Assembly (NCBI GenBank): GCA_964596735.1
Contig: CAZQVF010000002.1
Coordinates: 18,321 to 82,320, forward strand
Length of the DNA stretch: 64,000 bases
DNA from: an uncultured Gammaproteobacteria bacterium
Lineage (GTDB): Bacteria; Patescibacteriota; Patescibacteriia; UBA2591; UBA6264
Direction: 5' to 3'
In this document: one piece after another, positions 28,335 through 39,145 of the stretch
Numbering within the stretch: the stretch's first letter is position 1
Layout of the letters: the number at the start of each line of letters is the position of its first letter
The notes under the pieces: generated by a model
Seen by the model: the letters and a program-made list of their open reading frames with translations, nothing else
What the model was told of the DNA's origin: nothing
Databases searched by the model: none
Program-made: the position numbers and the translations under genes

Positions 28335-29401
28335 TGAAATATAAAAAATTAACCCTGGGTATTGTTTTTGGCGGTCGTTCATTTGAACATGAAGTTTCTT
28401 TGGTTTCGGCCCGGTCAATTATTAATGCCTTGGATAAGAAAAAATACAAGACTGTCTTGGTTGGTTTAACCAAAGAGGGTCGTTGGTTAAAAGGAGAATC
28501 AGCCAGAAAACTTTTAGCCGGGAAAAAAGTAAGAGAAAAAGGTGAATTTGTTCCTACATTTTTAAAGCCAATTGATGTGTTTTTTCCTGTTTTACATGGA
28601 CCATTTGGAGAAGACGGTACTATTCAGGGCTTTTTTGAAACCTTGAAAAAACCTTATGTTGGAGCCAATGTTTTGGGCTCGGCTATTGGTATTGATAAGA
28701 TTATTCAAAAAATTATTTGGCAAAATTATCATTTACCCGTGGTTAAGTTTCAATGGTTTTTATACAAAGATTGGTTAAAAAACAAGAAAAAGTTGATTCA
28801 GCAGATAGAAAAAGAGATTAAATATCCTTGTTTTGTTAAACCCGTTAATGCTGGTTCTAGTGTTGGCATTTCCAAGCCTCACAATCGTCAAGAATTACTC
28901 AAAGCTGTTAATTTAGCGAGTAAGTATGATCATAAAATCTTAATTGAAAAAGCAGTTAAAAATGTTACTGAGGTTGAGGTTAGTGTCTTGGGGAATAACC
29001 AGGTCAAGTCTTCTTGTGTTGGGGAAATAATTCCTAGTAATGAATTTTATGATTATGAAGCAAAATATGTTGATGATAAATCATTAACCTTGATTCCGGC
29101 AAAAATCAGTAAAAAATTAAGTAAAGATATCCAAAAGTTAGCTATTCAAGCTTATAAATTAGTTGATTGTCAGGGTATGGCTCGAGTCGATTTTCTTTTA
29201 TCTGGTCAAAAAATATATTTAAATGAAATTAATACTATTCCTGGGTTTACCAGTATTAGCATGTATCCAAAGCTATGGCAAAAGTCAGGTCTCTCTTATG
29301 CAAGGCTTTTGGATAAATTAATTAACCTGGCCATTAAATGTTTTAAAGAAAAAGAAAAACTTAACTATTCTTACCAACCAAAAAAGCAGTGGTATGTCTA
29401 A
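28334..29401 (+). CDS. ddl: D-alanine--D-alanine ligase
   Basis: N-terminal GGRSFEHEVSLVSA and an ATP-grasp C-terminus (ARVDFLL, LNEINTIPGFT). Confidence 0.9.
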   Translation: MKYKKLTLGIVFGGRSFEHEVSLVSARSIINALDKKKYKTVLVGLTKEGRWLKGESARKLLAGKKVREKGEFVPTFLKPIDVFFPVLHGPFGEDGTIQGFFETLKKPYVGANVLGSAIGIDKIIQKIIWQNYHLPVVKFQWFLYKDWLKNKKKLIQQIEKEIKYPCFVKPVNAGSSVGISKPHNRQELLKAVNLASKYDHKILIEKAVKNVTEVEVSVLGNNQVKSSCVGEIIPSNEFYDYEAKYVDDKSLTLIPAKISKKLSKDIQKLAIQAYKLVDCQGMARVDFLLSGQKIYLNEINTIPGFTSISMYPKLWQKSGLSYARLLDKLINLAIKCFKEKEKLNYSYQPKKQWYV

Positions 29402-30284
29402 TAAATATCGAAAAACTTTTAAAAGTCCTAGTTTGAATCGTCGTGTTCGAGTAGCCCGGAATAAACAATCCAGAGCTTATTTTGCTAAAAAGCGAGTTCT
29501 TAGATTAAAAATTTATTTATCTATTATTTTGATTCTTATTCTTTCTGGCTTTGTTGTTTATTTTTTATTTTTCTCCAATTATTCTGAGATAAAAGATATA
29601 AGAATAAGTAAGATAACTGATTATCAATTAATTTCTGAACAAGAGTTGACTGAGATGATTGATCCATTAATAAAGAAAAGGGGGCTAATATTTTCTCAAA
29701 AACATATTCTTATTTTTAAAACAGATGATTTAAGAGAAATAATGACTAATGATTCAAGAATTAATGTTTTTGATATTGAAAAAGACTGGCCTAGCACATT
29801 AATTATTAAAATAGCTGAATCAAAGCCGGTGGCTTCCTTAATTAGCTTTGCTAATAATAAGAATTGTTATTTAAACTCAAAGGGGCAGGTGATTTATGCC
29901 TCTACAGATATTGATTTTACGACGCCTGATGAAGCTGAAAAGGAGATTTTGCCTGTTTTTTACGATAAAACAGAGGTTAATTTAACTGATTTGGCCTATG
30001 TAGAGCTGTTAAAGAGCGTTTTAGGGCTTATAAATTGCGATATTTTAAGCCAAAATAGGATTAAAGCTGATTTAGTTAATATATTGGAAAAAGGTGGTGT
30101 TTTTGAGGTAGAGATCATTACTCAAGAGAAATGGCGCATTTTAATCAATTCAGAGGCCGACTTTGATCAACAAATAAATAATTTAAACTTAATTCTTAAA
30201 CAAGAGATAGAAGATAGAAATGATCTTGAACATATTGATTTAAGGTTTGGAGAAAGAATATTTTACAAATTAAAAGAAAATTAG
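29394..30284 (+). CDS. ftsQ: Cell division protein FtsQ/DivIB-like (bitopic, POTRA-like)
   Basis: Basic N-terminus, a single TM helix, and position immediately after ddl. Confidence 0.55.
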   Translation: MSNKYRKTFKSPSLNRRVRVARNKQSRAYFAKKRVLRLKIYLSIILILILSGFVVYFLFFSNYSEIKDIRISKITDYQLISEQELTEMIDPLIKKRGLIFSQKHILIFKTDDLREIMTNDSRINVFDIEKDWPSTLIIKIAESKPVASLISFANNKNCYLNSKGQVIYASTDIDFTTPDEAEKEILPVFYDKTEVNLTDLAYVELLKSVLGLINCDILSQNRIKADLVNILEKGGVFEVEIITQEKWRILINSEADFDQQINNLNLILKQEIEDRNDLEHIDLRFGERIFYKLKEN

Positions 30285-30316
30285 ATAATATATAAGATTA
30301 GTTTAATTTAAGCAAA

Positions 30317-30392
30317 AAAGAGGCTTTAAAGGGCCTCTCTTGCTTTATACATACAAGCGACGTAAAAGGGATATTGTACGTCGCTTGTTATA
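30317..30392. terminator. Two consecutive hairpins between convergent genes: GAGGC-TTTAAAG-GGCCTCT, and an 11-bp perfect stem CAAGCGACGTA..TACGTCGCTTG
   Basis: Read directly; A-run before and T-run after the first hairpin. Confidence 0.5.
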
Positions 30393-30423
30393 TTTAAAAA
30401 TCTATCAATTTCTTTATCCCCTG

Positions 30424-30690
30424 TTAAGGAATAACAATGTCTTCGTATTGAACACCTTTATCAGGTTGGCCTGGGCTTTTTATCTGATCAATTGAATAAA
30501 CTTGTTTTTCTCTTTGGCTAATCTCTGTCCAAATACTAGTATATTCTCTCATAAATATAGCGCCCATACCAAAAACAGCTATCATTGCTCCAATTAAAAA
30601 TATAAAGGAAACGGTAGGATTAATGTCTTTTTCCCACCACTTTTCTGGTCTTTCAATACGATATTTACTAGAAGAAAATTCATCTGACAT
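30424..30690 (-). CDS. Hypothetical small membrane protein
   Basis: One TM helix and compact spacing. Confidence 0.4.
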   Translation of the reverse strand: MSDEFSSSKYRIERPEKWWEKDINPTVSFIFLIGAMIAVFGMGAIFMREYTSIWTEISQREKQVYSIDQIKSPGQPDKGVQYEDIVIP

Positions 30691-30780
30691 AGATAATCTT
30701 TATAATCAAATTACTTTAATACCTATATAACAATAATTTAGTTTCAAGTCCTGCTTATATATCAACTAATTTATATCTAA

Positions 30781-31053
30781 CTATTTTCCGTCTTTGCTTG
30801 TTTTTACAGCAAAAGCGCCAGCCAAAAGCAAGACAATACCAACTACGCCAATGCCGGCTGATAAATATAGCTCTTTCAAAATTAAAGCATGTGGTGAATA
30901 AACAAATTCTTCAAAGGGTTCTTGGGGAATAGTAAAATAGTTGAAAATTCCTAGACTGGCAATAACAAAGCCAATAATAATTAATAAAGCCCCGAGCCAA
31001 ATTAATTGAGTCTTTGTTCCCCCTTCTTTGATATAGAGTTTAAACGGTTTCAT
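30781..31053 (-). CDS. Hypothetical small membrane protein (2 TM)
   Basis: Two hydrophobic helices. Confidence 0.4.
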   Translation of the reverse strand: MKPFKLYIKEGGTKTQLIWLGALLIIIGFVIASLGIFNYFTIPQEPFEEFVYSPHALILKELYLSAGIGVVGIVLLLAGAFAVKTSKDGK

Positions 31054-31131
31054 GGTTTAAATGATTTATTCTATTTATTATATATTATATTACCTATATA
31101 TTATAAGCAAAGCTTGAAATTAATAAATTAA

Positions 31132-32370
31132 TTATAACAGATAATCCTTAGGATTAACAGGAATACCATCTAATCTTACCTCAAAATGTAAATGTGGTCC
31201 AGTGGAGAAACTACCCGCCCCTGTCGTTCCTGGTAATCCGCCGGTTCGGCCAATAATACTGCCTCTTTTAATATATTCGTCTTCTTCAACAAAGATTTCA
31301 CTAACATGTCCATAAACAGTGGAAAAAGATTCATTATGAATGATCATGATATAGCTATAACCTAGGCCACCATGCTTTGCCCTGGCCACATAGCCAGAAG
31401 CCGGCGCTCTTATAGCTGTTCCCTGGGGGGCTCTTAAATCAATACCTGAATGCTCACCAATCCAATGGCGATAAGGATAGTCTGGATCATGAAATTCAGA
31501 GGTAATTCCTTCTAACGGGACTGGCCAGGAAAAGATAATAATCCCCTCTTTTTCCATTAACTCTGCTTTTTGTTCTTTTTCTTGGGCTATTTTTCTTCTG
31601 ACATCGCTTTCCAACTGAACTATTTCATTTTCAACTTCTTGTTTTTCCTTAACCACTTCTGCTAAAAGAGCTTGAAATTTCCATTCTGCTCCTTGGGTTT
31701 CTTCTAAAATAGTTTTCTTGGCTTGTTGCTCTGAAGCTAATTTTGCTTTTTTGTCTTTAAGTTCTGATTCTAAATCAATTAATTGTTGGAGTTGTAAACG
31801 TAGATCTTTTTCTTGTATTTCCAAGCCTTCTTTGATTAAATCCATTCTTTGTAAAGAACGAGCTAATTCTGACTGAACAGTGTTTAAATAGCGTAAATGA
31901 CTTAAAATATCTGAAATAGAATCATTGAGAAGAATTATTTCTAAATGATTTTTATGATCGTATTGATTAATGGTTTGTAAAAATTCTTTTAAATCTTGTT
32001 TTAATACTTCGATTTCTTGTTTTTTTTCTAAAACTCTTAATTGAATGTTCTTAATTGAAAGATTAGTTTTGGCGATTTGTTTTTCTTTTTCTTGGATTTC
32101 TGCCTCTCTTTCTAAAACTTGATTACTTAAAAGGTATATTTGATTTTTCAAAGTAACGGCTTCTTCTCTTTTAATTTCTATTTTCTCTTGATATATTTGT
32201 TTTTGTCCTTCTAGGTCTTTTATCTCTTGTTGCTGGGCTTCAATCTGTTTTTGCATGTCTTCAATTTCTTTTGAATAATCAATCGTAAGGCTGAGACTGG
32301 GTTTGACAAATAAAAAAAATGCTAAGAAGCAGACAAATAGTAAACTAATTTTATTATAATTAAAATACAT
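31132..32370 (-). CDS. Coiled-coil M23 peptidase (EnvC-like murein hydrolase activator / LytM-domain protein)
   Basis: Signal/TM, then a long Q/E/K-rich coiled coil, then a C-terminal M23 domain (HSGIDLRAP ... GHVSEI ... GPHLHFEV). Confidence 0.8.
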   Translation of the reverse strand: MYFNYNKISLLFVCFLAFFLFVKPSLSLTIDYSKEIEDMQKQIEAQQQEIKDLEGQKQIYQEKIEIKREEAVTLKNQIYLLSNQVLEREAEIQEKEKQIAKTNLSIKNIQLRVLEKKQEIEVLKQDLKEFLQTINQYDHKNHLEIILLNDSISDILSHLRYLNTVQSELARSLQRMDLIKEGLEIQEKDLRLQLQQLIDLESELKDKKAKLASEQQAKKTILEETQGAEWKFQALLAEVVKEKQEVENEIVQLESDVRRKIAQEKEQKAELMEKEGIIIFSWPVPLEGITSEFHDPDYPYRHWIGEHSGIDLRAPQGTAIRAPASGYVARAKHGGLGYSYIMIIHNESFSTVYGHVSEIFVEEDEYIKRGSIIGRTGGLPGTTGAGSFSTGPHLHFEVRLDGIPVNPKDYLL

Positions 32371-32414
32371 TAATTTATATACAATAAATATTTAATTTCA
32401 AGCTTTGCTTATAT

Positions 32415-33860
32415 TTATTTATCATCTAATTTTCTAATGGCTTGATCAATTCTTTGCAAGGTTTCTTCTTTGCCTAAGATTTCTGCAATGTTCTCTGGTG
32501 GTGGAGAAGCTTTTTTCCCACTCAAGCAAGCCCGTAAAGGCCAAAATACTTGTCCAGTCCCCTTTTCTTTGGCTAAGGTGCTTAAGTTTTTAAGTATTTT
32601 TTTGCTTTTAAAGGATGAGGAGGGAATTTTGTTTAATAAATCTTTAACTTGTTTTAAAATTTCTTTAACTTCTAACAGAGTTGTTTTTTTCCACAATAAA
32701 AGTTCTGGATTATATTCTATTTTTTTAAAGAAAAAACTGGTTAACTCCCCTATTTGGTCTAGTCTTTTCAGTCTTTGTTGCTCTAAAAAGATGATTTTTT
32801 TAACCTTTTTTAGATTATAATCCCCTTTTTTAATCAATCCTGCCTGGATTAAATATGGCAAACAGAGCTTGGTTAAGCCTTTTAAGGAGGTTTGTCTAAT
32901 ATAGTGGCCGTTTAGCCAGTCTAATTTTTTTCTATTAAAAATAGCCCCTGATTTTTGAATTCTATTTATTGAAAATTCTTTGATTAATTGTTTTAATTTA
33001 AATATTTCTTGTTCTGTCCCTGGGTTCCAGCCTAAAAGAGCTAAAAAGTTAATCAAGGTTTGAGGTAAATAACCCTGGGCTAAATAATCTTCAACCGCAA
33101 CATCATTTTGACGTTTTGATAATTTAGAATGATCTGGATTAAGTAATAAGGGCACATGGGCGAATTCAGGGACGGGCCATTTAAAAGCTTGGTAAAGAAG
33201 GATGTGTTTGGGAATAGATGGTAGCCATTCCTCTCCTCTGATCACATGGGTGATATTCATAGCATGATCGTCAACGACATTGGCTAAATGATAAGTCGGC
33301 CATCTGTCTGATTTTAATAAAATTTGATCATCAATAGTTTTTAAGTCAAATTCCACTGAACCACGAATTAAGTCTTTAAATTTAATTGTCCCCTTCTCTG
33401 GAACTTTTAAACGAATAACATATGATTTGCTTGATTTTAGTTTTTCTTTTATTTGTTTCTCTGTTAAGTTTCGACAGTGACGATTATATTGCGGGGGCAT
33501 TTTTTTAGCAATTTGTTCTTGTCTGGTTTTTTCTAATTGTTCAGAAGTACAAAAACAATAATAGGCTTTGTCATGGTCAACTAATTTTTGAGCCAAGCTA
33601 CGGTAACTACCTATTTTATGTGATTGAAAAAACGGTCCTTCGTCCCAAGGTAAATTAACTTGTTTTAAAGTGTTAATTAAGTAATAATCTGATCCTTCTA
33701 TATAACGCTGCTGATCAGTGTCTTCAATTCTTAAAATTACTTTTCCTTTATTTTGTCTGGCAAAAAGCCAATTGTATAGATAAGTGCGCAGACCACCAAT
33801 GTGTAAAGAGCCTGTGGGACTTGGGGCAAAACGGACTCTGATTGTTTTTTTCTTAAACAT
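32415..33860 (-). CDS. gltX: Glutamate--tRNA ligase. The start is taken at the internal Met (MFKKKTIRVRF), which removes the overlap with the upstream gene
   Basis: HIGH motif PSPTGSLHIGG, KMSKS-like KLSKR, class I catalytic core. Confidence 0.9.
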   Translation of the reverse strand: MFKKKTIRVRFAPSPTGSLHIGGLRTYLYNWLFARQNKGKVILRIEDTDQQRYIEGSDYYLINTLKQVNLPWDEGPFFQSHKIGSYRSLAQKLVDHDKAYYCFCTSEQLEKTRQEQIAKKMPPQYNRHCRNLTEKQIKEKLKSSKSYVIRLKVPEKGTIKFKDLIRGSVEFDLKTIDDQILLKSDRWPTYHLANVVDDHAMNITHVIRGEEWLPSIPKHILLYQAFKWPVPEFAHVPLLLNPDHSKLSKRQNDVAVEDYLAQGYLPQTLINFLALLGWNPGTEQEIFKLKQLIKEFSINRIQKSGAIFNRKKLDWLNGHYIRQTSLKGLTKLCLPYLIQAGLIKKGDYNLKKVKKIIFLEQQRLKRLDQIGELTSFFFKKIEYNPELLLWKKTTLLEVKEILKQVKDLLNKIPSSSFKSKKILKNLSTLAKEKGTGQVFWPLRACLSGKKASPPPENIAEILGKEETLQRIDQAIRKLDDK

Positions 33861-33861
33861 A

Positions 33862-34716
33862 TTATTTAGTGCTTTCAACTCTTTGCCAAATACTGGCAAA
33901 GGATTTTTTTCTAATTTTAATTTTCCAAAAAATAATTAACCAGAGAAAGATACGAGATAGATAAAGTAAAACGGTGTAAAGAAATTCTTTAAAAGTTTTT
34001 GGATAGGTAAAGAATAATTTAACACCGCTAACAATTTCCTGTAAAACATTTCTCTCTCCCCTGCTCTGGTTTTGTGTATATCCACCAGTAGAACGAACTT
34101 TCTGTTTTAACCAATCTTTAAAATTATTCGGATACTTAACATAAACCTTTGCTTCTGGAGTATAAGCCACTTGATATTCTTTATCTCTAATCATTTGAGT
34201 AATAATTCCGTCTTCAGCTAAAACATTTTCTGGTATTTTCTTTATTATATCACGAAAAGCATATAAATATCCAGAGCATGGAAAGTCTTTTCCTTTTAAG
34301 CGCCATTGATGAGCCGCATTGGTTAAAAAATGAGACCAATAGCCAAGAATGTGGTCTTTTGGGTTTAAACTGACTGGATTTGCAGAAACTGCTCCAATTT
34401 TATCATTCTGAAATGGCTTTATTAAGAGATTTAATGCGTTTTTTCCTATAAATACATCTCCGTCTGTTAAAACAAGTATTTTTCCTTTAGCTTTTTTAAA
34501 AGCTAGATTAAGAGCAGCTGGTTTTCCAAGGCCCTTATCTTTTAAATACTTGATTTGAGGATATTTTGAAAATTCTTTAACAACTTCTTGTGTTTTCTTG
34601 TCTGGGCCAACAACCAAGAGTTCATGTTCTTGTTTAATATTTTGATTTAAAATTGCCCTAATCGCTCTTGGCAAGGTTTCTGATTCCTTATAAGTGGTAA
34701 TGATAATGGAAATCAT
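33862..34716 (-). CDS. Family 2 glycosyltransferase
   Basis: IIITTYKE ... DGD ... GT-A fold motifs. Confidence 0.75.
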   Translation of the reverse strand: MISIIITTYKESETLPRAIRAILNQNIKQEHELLVVGPDKKTQEVVKEFSKYPQIKYLKDKGLGKPAALNLAFKKAKGKILVLTDGDVFIGKNALNLLIKPFQNDKIGAVSANPVSLNPKDHILGYWSHFLTNAAHQWRLKGKDFPCSGYLYAFRDIIKKIPENVLAEDGIITQMIRDKEYQVAYTPEAKVYVKYPNNFKDWLKQKVRSTGGYTQNQSRGERNVLQEIVSGVKLFFTYPKTFKEFLYTVLLYLSRIFLWLIIFWKIKIRKKSFASIWQRVESTK

Positions 34717-35267
34717 ATAAGAGGATATTTATTTAAAACTGTATATTCTGCTCCTTGACGACTTAAAACACTTTTCATTAAATCAATGTACTCGACTTTA
34801 AATTCTAAATCTGGTACTTTTTTATTAAAAGAGGTTGGTAGATTATTAATCGGTGTTTTTATCCGGGCAAAGGTTAAGTGTATTTGCCAAGCCCGTTCAT
34901 CAATTTCTATTCCCATGTATCTTAAGGCCTGGCCAAGAATTTTTTGTAGACCAATTAGGTCATTGTCTTGTTTTTCTTCGCATTTAAAAAACAAAACTCT
35001 TGGTCTGTTTTGGTTTGGAAAACAATCCGCTCTTTTTATTTTTAAAACAATGTCTGTTTTAAAAACACTGCTCTGTAAAATACTTCTTACTTTATCTAGT
35101 TGTTTTTCTTCTAAATAACCTAAAAAGTGAAGGGTTAAGTGAAAATTCTCTGGATCAACCCATTTCATATCTGCTTTTAAATCTTTTTTGAGATTTTCTA
35201 TCCAATTACCTAAGACTTGTTTAACCTCTTTTGGTATATTAACAGCTATAAAAGTTCGTGTTTTCAT
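34713..35267 (-). CDS. thpR: RNA 2',3'-cyclic phosphodiesterase (2H phosphoesterase, LigT/ThpR)
   Basis: Two H-x-T-x motifs (HLTLHFLG and HLTFARIK) at the expected spacing. Confidence 0.75.
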   Translation of the reverse strand: MKTRTFIAVNIPKEVKQVLGNWIENLKKDLKADMKWVDPENFHLTLHFLGYLEEKQLDKVRSILQSSVFKTDIVLKIKRADCFPNQNRPRVLFFKCEEKQDNDLIGLQKILGQALRYMGIEIDERAWQIHLTFARIKTPINNLPTSFNKKVPDLEFKVEYIDLMKSVLSRQGAEYTVLNKYPLI

Positions 35268-35380
35268 AAGATTATTATAAGCAGAGCTTGAAATTAAATA
35301 ACAATTTAATTATAGCAGTTTTTGGTAAAAAAATAAGGCCCGGGTTATTACCGAGCCAAACTTTTAGCAAGAGAAATGTT

Positions 35381-35692
35381 TTATTCCAGAATTGTTCTTT
35401 TTTCAAGAACCATCACTTCTTTAGAAGAAAGCACCGCTCTATCTACGATATAGCATTTTTCAACAACCAACTTTGTCTTCTCTGGAGACTTTTTGAGTTT
35501 TGCCAAAACCTGGGCCAAGGCTGAATTGAGAAAATACATTGTCTCAATCTCGCATACGGGACAGGAAAAATGAAGACCATTTTGATCGTCTCCTAAGGCT
35601 GGGACTTGGGTGGCTTCAGAGCCACATTTGCTGTGAATAATCGTTATCCTGTCTTCTGTGAAATCTACAAAAAAAACATTGTCGGATTTCAT
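35381..35692 (-). CDS. Hypothetical small protein with 4 Cys (including CPVC)
   Basis: ORF immediately downstream of the AT-rich orphan gene; no family recognised. Confidence 0.4.
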   Translation of the reverse strand: MKSDNVFFVDFTEDRITIIHSKCGSEATQVPALGDDQNGLHFSCPVCEIETMYFLNSALAQVLAKLKKSPEKTKLVVEKCYIVDRAVLSSKEVMVLEKRTILE

Positions 35693-35746
35693 TTCTCACC
35701 TCCTTTTCTATAGATTAGGTCTATTTTAGCAGTTTTGGGGGGTTTG

Positions 35747-36424
35747 TCAAGGTGGGGAGGATTCTTTGTTGATTTTATTAATTAATTTTTCTATCATCTT
35801 ATCTCTTTTCTCTTGCTCTATTCTCTCTAAGAACAATGGATGATTGCGGGCACACTCGTCATGTATAATCTTTATCAAATCACGATATATGTCTTTTATA
35901 TCTTCCAGGCTTTCTCTGCTACAAGGAAATTCTTTATTATTGAATGAAAAACTATCTTCTGTGAAATTTCCGAAATCATAGATATTGGTTTGTATCTTTT
36001 TCCTTTTACTCAAATATCCCATACACCTATTTTCGATATGTTCTAAATGGCCTCTCACCAGTTGGATATCAAAAATTTTATTTATTCTCGTCTTCAATAT
36101 CTTAATATTTATATTATCTAATTCTTTACCGAATTTACCAATTAGTTTATAAATTTTATCTATACAAATAAAATAGAAATGTGTATCACAAGCTAAATAA
36201 TTTATCCGAAAATCTCTCTTTCGTATATATTTATTATAATTTTCCCGATCTGTCAGTTTATTAAATTCTTTATAAATCCTTTTTCTCATTCTTTCTATTC
36301 TGTTCATTTCAATAATCGCTCCGTTGACATACCTTTCTAGGGTCAAAAGTAAAAAACAAAATTTTAAATTTTTGTCTTTATCTTTATCAAGATAAAGAAT
36401 ATATTTTGACGCCAGATCAAACAT
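35747..36424 (-). CDS. Hypothetical protein, strongly AT-rich (I/K/N/Y-rich), with an Rx4H motif (RGHLEH) suggestive of a HEPN-like fold
   Basis: 225 aa. Codon composition is noticeably more AT-rich than its neighbours. No housekeeping homology recognised. Confidence 0.45.
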   Translation of the reverse strand: MFDLASKYILYLDKDKDKNLKFCFLLLTLERYVNGAIIEMNRIERMRKRIYKEFNKLTDRENYNKYIRKRDFRINYLACDTHFYFICIDKIYKLIGKFGKELDNINIKILKTRINKIFDIQLVRGHLEHIENRCMGYLSKRKKIQTNIYDFGNFTEDSFSFNNKEFPCSRESLEDIKDIYRDLIKIIHDECARNHPLFLERIEQEKRDKMIEKLINKINKESSPP

Positions 36425-36497
36425 TAAGGTCAGTTAGTAAATTATGTGTATATTATAGGTTTACATATCTCTGTTGGCAAGTGTGGGTTTATATATT

Positions 36498-36526
36498 ATT
36501 GACCTTGGGGACAAAAAATGCTAATA
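36498..36526 (+). promoter_or_regulatory. Sigma70-like promoter TTGACC-17-TAATAT upstream of clpB
   Basis: Boxes at 36498-36503 and 36521-36526. No CIRCE (HrcA) element seen. Confidence 0.45.
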
Positions 36527-36527
36527 T

Positions 36528-39143
36528 GTGGACATGAATAATTTTACTATTAAAGCTCAGGAAGCTTTGCAAAATGCTCACAACCTGGCCATGGAAAATG
36601 ACCAACAACAAGTTGACACCCCTCATTTGATGTTATCTTTGATTAATCAAGAAGAAGGGGTTGTTTTAGCTTTATTAAAGAAATTAGAAGTTGATGTTGA
36701 TAAATTAAGAGATTCGTTAATTAAGTTAATTAAAAAATTACCTCAGGTAAAAATAGGGCCAGGCGGAAGCTTGGCTGAAGTCTATATTACTCCTTTGCTT
36801 CAAAAAACTATTCTTCATGCTACTAAAGAAGCCAAAAAACTAAAAGATGAATATGTGAGTACTGAACATTTGTTCTTATCCTTATTAATTATCCCTTCTT
36901 TGGTTAAAGAAGTCTTAAAGAAGTTTAATCTTGAACAAGAAAGAGTGCTTAAGGTTTTGGCTGATGTTCGAGGAAGTGAAAGAATTACTGGGCCAGAACC
37001 AGAAAGTAAATATCAGGTTTTGGAAAAATATACAATTAATTTAACTCAGATGGCTCGACAAGAAGAAATAGATCCTATTATTGGTCGTGATGATGAGATT
37101 AGACGGGTTATTCAGGTTTTATCTCGTAGAACCAAGAATAATCCAGTTTTGATTGGTGAAGCCGGGGTGGGAAAAACAGCCATTGTTGAAGGATTGGCTC
37201 AAAGAATTGTTGATAATGATGTCCCTGAATCATTAAAAGCCAAGGAGTTAATCTCTCTTGATTTAGGAGGCTTAATTGCCGGAACCAAGTTTAGGGGAGA
37301 ATTTGAAAACAGGTTAAAAGCAGTTCTAAGAGAAATAAAAAGAGCTGGTAATTATGTTCTCTTTATTGATGAATTACACACTTTGGTTGGGGCTGGTGGA
37401 GCCGAAGGAGCTATTGATGCCTCAAACATGCTTAAACCAGCCTTAGCTCGAGGAGAATTACATTGTGTTGGGGCAACTACTTTAAAAGAATATCAAAAAT
37501 ATATTGAAAAAGACGCTGCTTTAGAACGCCGTTTTCAGCCTGTTTATGCAGCTGAACCTTCAATTGAAGACACTATTGCTATATTAAGAGGTATTAAGGA
37601 AAAATATGAAGTTCATCATGGAGTTAGAATTACTGATGATGCTATAGTTACGGCGGCTAAACTTTCTCATAGATATATTAGTGATCGATTTTTACCTGAC
37701 AAAGCAATTGATTTAATGGATGAAGCGGCTTCTGCTTTGCGCATGGAAATTGAAAGCCAGCCTGAAGAATTAGATAAGTTAAAAAGAAAATTTAGAAAAT
37801 TAGAAATTGAAAGCGCGGTTTTAAAAAAGGAGAAAAACAAAAAACAATTGCCCAAAATTAGAAAAGAAATGGCTGACTTGAAAGAAAAGATTAAAGACTT
37901 TACTCTGCGCTGGAAAAGAGAAAAAGATATTATTACCGAGATCCACAAAATGAAAGAAGAAATAGATAAATTAAAACAACAATCTGAGATTGCTGAAAGG
38001 GAATCTAATTTAGAAAAAGTAGCTAAGATAAAGCATGGTCAGATCCCTGTTTTAGAAAAAAAGATTATTACTGATCAAAAAAAATTAGCTAAAATTCAAA
38101 AAGATTATCGTATTTTAAAAGAAGAAATTGGAGCTGAAGAAATTGCTCGGGTTGTTTCTGTTTGGACTGGTATTCCGGTAACTAAGATGTTAGAAGAGGA
38201 AACAAAAAAATTAGCCCGCATGGAAGACGAAATCCATAAAAGATTAGTTAATCAAGAGAAGGCAGTTAAGGCTGTATCTAATGCGATTAGACGCTCTAGA
38301 GCTGGGATTGCTGAAGAAAACAAACCCATTGGTTCGTTCATCTTTCTTGGCCCAAGTGGGGTGGGAAAAACAGAATTAGCCAAGAGTTTGGCTGAGTTTC
38401 TCTTTAATACAGAATCGGCCTTGGTTCAGTTAGACATGTCTGAATACATGGAAAGACATACGGTTTCTAAGATGATTGGCTCTCCTCCGGGTTATGTTGG
38501 TCATGAAGAAGGAGGACAATTAACTGAAATTGTTAGGCGCCGGCCATATAGTGTTATTTTATTTGATGAAATTGAAAAAGCTCATCCAGAAGTCTTTAAT
38601 ATTCTTTTACAAATCTTAGATGAAGGTCGTTTAACCGATGCTAAGGGAAGAATAGTTAATTTTAAAAATGTGGTCATTATTATGACTTCTAATTTAGGAA
38701 GTGATTTACTTAAAGATCAGGCTAAAAGAGCTCATTTTGGTTTTGATTCATCTAAAGAGAGAGCTAGTGCTCAGGAATTAATTGAAGAAAAAATCAATCA
38801 GACTTTAAAGGAAAAATTTAAACCAGAGTTTTTAAATCGCGTTGAGGAAATTATTATTTTCCAATCTTTGAGTAAAGATAATGTTAAACAAATTGTTGAA
38901 CTTCAACTAAAACAGGTGGTTAAACGATTATTTGACAAAAAAATTAAATTAAAAGTTAATAAACAGGCAAAGAATTTAATTGCAGAAATGGGTTTTGATC
39001 CCTTTTATGGGGCTCGACCATTAAAAAGAGTTATTCAAAAATATATTTTAGACCCTTTGTCTTTAAAAATTATTAGTGGACAAGTTAAACCGAATAGTAC
39101 TTTTAAAGTAGAAGTGAAAAATAAGAAGATAATTATTAATTAA
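36528..39143 (+). CDS. clpB: ATP-dependent chaperone ClpB. An alternative ATG lies 6 nt downstream (MNNFTIK)
   Basis: Clp N domain and two AAA+ modules (GEAGVGKTA; GPSGVGKTE). A long middle coiled-coil domain is inserted in NBD1 and distinguishes ClpB from ClpA/C. A C-terminal D2-small domain is present. Confidence 0.93.
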   Translation: MDMNNFTIKAQEALQNAHNLAMENDQQQVDTPHLMLSLINQEEGVVLALLKKLEVDVDKLRDSLIKLIKKLPQVKIGPGGSLAEVYITPLLQKTILHATKEAKKLKDEYVSTEHLFLSLLIIPSLVKEVLKKFNLEQERVLKVLADVRGSERITGPEPESKYQVLEKYTINLTQMARQEEIDPIIGRDDEIRRVIQVLSRRTKNNPVLIGEAGVGKTAIVEGLAQRIVDNDVPESLKAKELISLDLGGLIAGTKFRGEFENRLKAVLREIKRAGNYVLFIDELHTLVGAGGAEGAIDASNMLKPALARGELHCVGATTLKEYQKYIEKDAALERRFQPVYAAEPSIEDTIAILRGIKEKYEVHHGVRITDDAIVTAAKLSHRYISDRFLPDKAIDLMDEAASALRMEIESQPEELDKLKRKFRKLEIESAVLKKEKNKKQLPKIRKEMADLKEKIKDFTLRWKREKDIITEIHKMKEEIDKLKQQSEIAERESNLEKVAKIKHGQIPVLEKKIITDQKKLAKIQKDYRILKEEIGAEEIARVVSVWTGIPVTKMLEEETKKLARMEDEIHKRLVNQEKAVKAVSNAIRRSRAGIAEENKPIGSFIFLGPSGVGKTELAKSLAEFLFNTESALVQLDMSEYMERHTVSKMIGSPPGYVGHEEGGQLTEIVRRRPYSVILFDEIEKAHPEVFNILLQILDEGRLTDAKGRIVNFKNVVIIMTSNLGSDLLKDQAKRAHFGFDSSKERASAQELIEEKINQTLKEKFKPEFLNRVEEIIIFQSLSKDNVKQIVELQLKQVVKRLFDKKIKLKVNKQAKNLIAEMGFDPFYGARPLKRVIQKYILDPLSLKIISGQVKPNSTFKVEVKNKKIIIN

Positions 39144-39145
39144 TA

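Noticed and set aside
36420-36530. CIRCE/HrcA heat-shock operator upstream of clpB
   Set aside because: TTAGCACTC-N9-GAGTGCTAA inverted repeat not present; only a sigma70-like promoter was seen.
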